Below the pieces are notes generated by a model that worked only from the letters and a program-made list of their open reading frames with translations, searched no databases and was not told the origin of the DNA. From a virus, in IMG/VR virus record IMGVR_UViG_3300000117_000006: DNA of 34,845 nt; one strand, written 5' to 3'. This document shows positions 31,747 through 34,845 of the stretch, piece by piece. How positions within the stretch are numbered: the stretch's first letter is position 1; the number at the start of each line of letters is the position of its first letter. Made by a program: the position numbers and the translations under genes.

Positions 31747-32228
31747 TGGCATACGCAATTAATAGAAACGGAGTTATACAGGTATATTCTTCAATACCTA
31801 AAGTATTCAAAGGAAGTCAAAAGGAATATCTAGGAGGGTTTGACCAACTAACAAGAGCCGAGCAGAAAGCAGAGGGATTGTTTGATGTTGTAATGCCTGA
31901 TGGTTATAATTCACAGATTCACGATTTAGGTGAAATCTTTTGGGATTCTGCAAATACACAATTTACATATCCAAAGACTAATAAGACTTGGAGTCAAACA
32001 GTAGCAGAGTTAAAAGAACAGAAGATAGCTAATCTTAAATCTAGTGCTAACGGTAAACTTGCTGAAACTGATTGGGTGATTATTAGAGATACAGAATTAG
32101 GTAATACTACTGACTCTGCAATTACAGATGCTAGAGCAGCGATTAGAACAACTGTAGCAACAAAAGAAAGTGAAATAAACGCAAAGACCACAAAGGCACA
32201 AGTAGTACAGTACGATATATCTTTATAA
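31746..32228 (+). CDS. Tail fibre assembly / chaperone-like protein (160 aa; DUF4376-like C-terminus)
   Basis: ATG 31746 (TAATG overlap) is preferred over the TTG at 31716. KLAETDWVIIRDTELG ... ARAAIR matches the tail-fibre-chaperone-type motif. Confidence 0.45.
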   Translation: MAYAINRNGVIQVYSSIPKVFKGSQKEYLGGFDQLTRAEQKAEGLFDVVMPDGYNSQIHDLGEIFWDSANTQFTYPKTNKTWSQTVAELKEQKIANLKSSANGKLAETDWVIIRDTELGNTTDSAITDARAAIRTTVATKESEINAKTTKAQVVQYDISL

Positions 32229-32229
32229 T

Positions 32230-34845
32230 ATGGCTTTAAATAGAAAGACATTTAAAAAAGCTGCTGCTGCGGTAGCAGATACTAATTTACCATCAGGTTA
32301 CTTCAACACCGTACTCTACACAGGAAACGGAGGTACTCAACGTATTGGAGGGTATATAAATAGAGGTGCTGTATTTAATGGGAGTAGTAGTTATATCTCT
32401 ACATCAATAGCTACAAATTATTCAAATTTATCCATCTCTTGTTGGGTTAGGTTTAATGCTTTGCCAACGGGGAATGCAGATGCTACTTTAGTTAGTAAGG
32501 GGTTTTATGTATCTGGAACTAACACACAATATTTACACTTAAGATACGAAGACTATACAGACCAATTTACTTTTGCAGTAAGACAAAACAGTACATACAA
32601 TCAACAAGCAGCATCAGGAGTAACAGCAGCTGTAGGTGTTTGGTATCACGTTGTGGGCACTTTAGATTCAAGCGGAAATGCGCAAATATATGTTAACGGC
32701 TCTGCGGGAACAGGAATAACATCTGCACCAACAATGACTAATTCAAATAATTTTGAGATTGGTTCTTTTATAACCAATACAGCGATGTTGAATGGAGTTA
32801 TTGACCAAGTGAGATTCTTTAACAAATCATTAAGCAGCGGAGAAGTAACTACTTTATCTAACGAAACACACGCTTCTACTACAATATCTACTACGGATAT
32901 ATTTAATGACAATAGCGGAGTAGCACTATACCAATTAGACGGGAATGCTAATGATACAGGGGGTGCAAGTGGTAAGTTTGGTGCTGCTGCTATATTTAAT
33001 GGGAGTAGTAGTAGGATATCAATCTCTCCAATAAATGGTTTATCAGATGTTAGTGCATCTTGTTGGTTAAGGTCATCTAATTCAACCTCAACAGCAAGTG
33101 TTGGTATTATAGAACTTAATAATGATACATCATCTTCGGGATGGGCAGGAACTTTATCTGTACTTTATAAATATTCTAATGGCACAATTTATGTTAGGTC
33201 AGGAAATGGTTCAAGTACGGAAACTAATATTTTAGTTCATATTGATACCACATTAAGAGATGGCGATTGGCATCATTTAGCAGTAACAAGAAATGAAACA
33301 ACAGGTGTTACTACTTTATATATTGATGGCAGTCAAGCCGACCAAGAAACTGTTGCTAATACAAGTTCAGTAGGTGCAGGTACATTAATAGGAGACAGAT
33401 TTACAGGTTCCGCAGGAAATTATAATTGGGATGGCAAAATAGACGATGTAAGAATATATTCAGACGTATTAACTTCAGAAGAAGTAGGGTATTTATACAA
33501 CAATACAACTGCGTCTATTCCAACAGATAATTTAGAGGCATACTACAAATTGGATGGTGATGCAAGAGATGAACAACAACTATACGATGGAACAGCAACA
33601 AACGTATCCTACGCTTATGATGGTACTGCTACTAACGTAACTTATCAAGAGGCTACAAATTTTAGTCCTGACCTAATTTGGATAAAGAATAGGGATTATT
33701 CGAGTGGAATTGGTCATCAAATTTTTGATTCTGTAAGAGGCGATACAACAGGAGCGGGTGGTTCTCTTTCTTCTAACTCTACAGCTGCTGAATATTTTGA
33801 CGGAACAAAAGGAGTTTCGTCTTTTAATTCTAATGGATTTACTGTGGATGGAGGCACTAATGGACAATATGGTGTAAATGGTGCTGTCGGAGGAACTTAT
33901 GGTTCTTCCTACGCTGCTTGGTGCTTTAATGCAGCAGACACCACTACAACAATAGCAGCTAATACAGTAGGTAATACAATAGCAAGTGATGTCAGAGCAA
34001 ATCAAGATGCAGGGTTTAGTATTGTGAAATATCAAGCAAATTCAACGCAGGGTGCAACAATAGGTCACGGACTTTCTTCTGCTCCTGAAATGATAATTAC
34101 AAAAGAATTAACAGGACAAAGAGTTTGGTGTGTTTATCACAAAGACCTTTCAAGTTCTGCATATTATTTAGAGTTGAATACATTGGACGCTGAAAAAAAT
34201 GCTGTTAATACTGCCTATGCAGGAGTACCTACTTCTTCCACATATTCAGTAGGAAATTCTTCTCTTGTTAATGAACCATCGACCGACTCTTACATAGCCT
34301 ACTGCTTCCATTCAGTAGATGGGTTTCAGAAAGTCGGTAGCTATACAGGAAATGGGGGTAGTAATATGATTGAAACAGGATTTGAACCTGCTTTTATAAT
34401 GCAAAAAAGAGCGGATTCAACGGGCAGTTGGAATATAATAGATAACGAGCGAGGCGATGACGAATATCTGTCAGCAAACCTTTCAAACGCAGAGGGTTCT
34501 ATGACAGACGGAAGTTTTAAAATATTGTCAAATGGATTCCAGCTAAACAATTCATTTTCTGAATGGAATTCAAATGGCGGAACTTACATCTACCTTGCAA
34601 TAGCAGCAGACCCTGACACTACTACTCCAACAGTAGAGAATAGCTTTGATGTTGTTACTTATACAGGGAATGGTGGTACTCAAAGTATTGAAACAGATTT
34701 TAAGCCTGATTTGGTTTGGCTAAAGTCAAGGAATCAAAGTTATGGTCATTTTTTAATAGATTCAGTTAGAGGTAGAAACAGCAGTTTAATTACAAATGCA
34801 ACCTCTGCGGATAATCCTAATTCAGCCTCATCTAATGATTTAATT
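32230..34845 (+). CDS. Tail fibre / receptor-binding protein, 5' part (848 codons to nt 34773, continues at nt 1; 1128 aa in total)
   Basis: I translated frame 1 by hand from ATG 32230 to the window end and found no stop. It contains two Laminin-G_3 (ConA-like lectin) domains, marked by (V/I)FNGSSS, SCW(V/L)R, W(Y/H)H(V/L) and IDxVR(I/F)(Y/F) ... L(S/T)S(G/E)EV, followed by repeated YTGNG / GFSIVKY modules. It is missing from the ORF track because it has no stop inside the window. Confidence 0.85.
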   Translation, partial: MALNRKTFKKAAAAVADTNLPSGYFNTVLYTGNGGTQRIGGYINRGAVFNGSSSYISTSIATNYSNLSISCWVRFNALPTGNADATLVSKGFYVSGTNTQYLHLRYEDYTDQFTFAVRQNSTYNQQAASGVTAAVGVWYHVVGTLDSSGNAQIYVNGSAGTGITSAPTMTNSNNFEIGSFITNTAMLNGVIDQVRFFNKSLSSGEVTTLSNETHASTTISTTDIFNDNSGVALYQLDGNANDTGGASGKFGAAAIFNGSSSRISISPINGLSDVSASCWLRSSNSTSTASVGIIELNNDTSSSGWAGTLSVLYKYSNGTIYVRSGNGSSTETNILVHIDTTLRDGDWHHLAVTRNETTGVTTLYIDGSQADQETVANTSSVGAGTLIGDRFTGSAGNYNWDGKIDDVRIYSDVLTSEEVGYLYNNTTASIPTDNLEAYYKLDGDARDEQQLYDGTATNVSYAYDGTATNVTYQEATNFSPDLIWIKNRDYSSGIGHQIFDSVRGDTTGAGGSLSSNSTAAEYFDGTKGVSSFNSNGFTVDGGTNGQYGVNGAVGGTYGSSYAAWCFNAADTTTTIAANTVGNTIASDVRANQDAGFSIVKYQANSTQGATIGHGLSSAPEMIITKELTGQRVWCVYHKDLSSSAYYLELNTLDAEKNAVNTAYAGVPTSSTYSVGNSSLVNEPSTDSYIAYCFHSVDGFQKVGSYTGNGGSNMIETGFEPAFIMQKRADSTGSWNIIDNERGDDEYLSANLSNAEGSMTDGSFKILSNGFQLNNSFSEWNSNGGTYIYLAIAADPDTTTPTVENSFDVVTYTGNGGTQSIETDFKPDLVWLKSRNQSYGHFLIDSVRGRNSSLITNATSADNPNSASSNDLI
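34774..34845. repeat. Terminal overlap, right copy; identical to 1-72
   Basis: Same comparison as for the left copy. The repeat lies inside a coding region, so it is an assembly overlap of a circular or permuted genome, not a physical terminal repeat. Confidence 0.95.

Noticed and set aside
2235-34550. All minus-strand ORFs in the track (60-127 aa), for example 2235..2423, 4213..4413, 11082..11360, 15627..15956, 17344..17670, 20671..21054, 25323..25685, 32646..32912, 33673..34035 and 34341..34550
   Set aside because: Each lies entirely antisense to a well-supported + strand gene. The translations are low-complexity (Ser/Ile/Phe/Leu-rich). None has a promoter-like element. The whole genome is otherwise unidirectional.
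1-34845. Lysogeny module, tRNA genes, reverse transcriptase/DGR, homing endonucleases or introns
   Set aside because: I saw no integrase, recombinase or repressor motifs, no tRNA-like T-loop or acceptor patterns, no YxDD reverse-transcriptase motif, and no HNH, GIY-YIG or LAGLIDADG motifs. terL, the portal and the primase-helicase are uninterrupted. Absence by eye is not proof, so tRNAscan and HMM searches should confirm it.

Overview
The window is a complete, circularly closed genome of an AT-rich tailed dsDNA phage. Nt 1-72 are identical to nt 34774-34845, so the unit length is 34773 bp. Every gene I can support is on the + strand. Genes are tightly packed, with many ATGA or TAATG stop/start overlaps and no obvious Shine-Dalgarno sequences.

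Four strong promoters match the Bacteroidota sigma-A pattern (TTTG, 18-20 nt spacer, TAnnTTTG), which points to a Bacteroidota (Flavobacteriia-like) host.

Modules, in order:
- 3' end of a wrap-around fibre gene (1-843).
- Lysis cassette (847-2498): M15 peptidase flanked by four small membrane proteins.
- Replication and recombination module (2628-10253): ERF annealase, mini-SSB, wHTH protein, primase-helicase, RusA, ECF-like sigma factor, PD-(D/E)xK exonuclease, DnaA-domain-IV-like protein.
- Large terminase (10692-11909).
- Accessory region of promoter-ORF-terminator cassettes (11960-15560), which holds most of the unexplained repeat structure.
- Morphogenesis genes in a non-canonical order (15568-32228): structural proteins, tape measure, XkdF-type protease fusion, scaffold, major capsid, tail tube, portal, fibres.
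- 5' part of the wrap-around fibre gene (32230-34845).

I saw no integrase, repressor, tRNA, CRISPR array or reverse transcriptase.

The items most worth follow-up are:
1. A ~1.7-kb cassette bracketed by AATTCAATA box arrays, together with its adjacent 250-bp ORF-free repeat-rich region.
2. An 11-mer promoter core reused in inverted orientation to flank a single small gene.
3. Two AACTATAT repeat clusters, one with origin-like architecture.
4. The 1128-aa fibre, built from six homologous modules with a double LamG insertion nested in the first module.

All family assignments come from motif recognition by eye. No database search was run.
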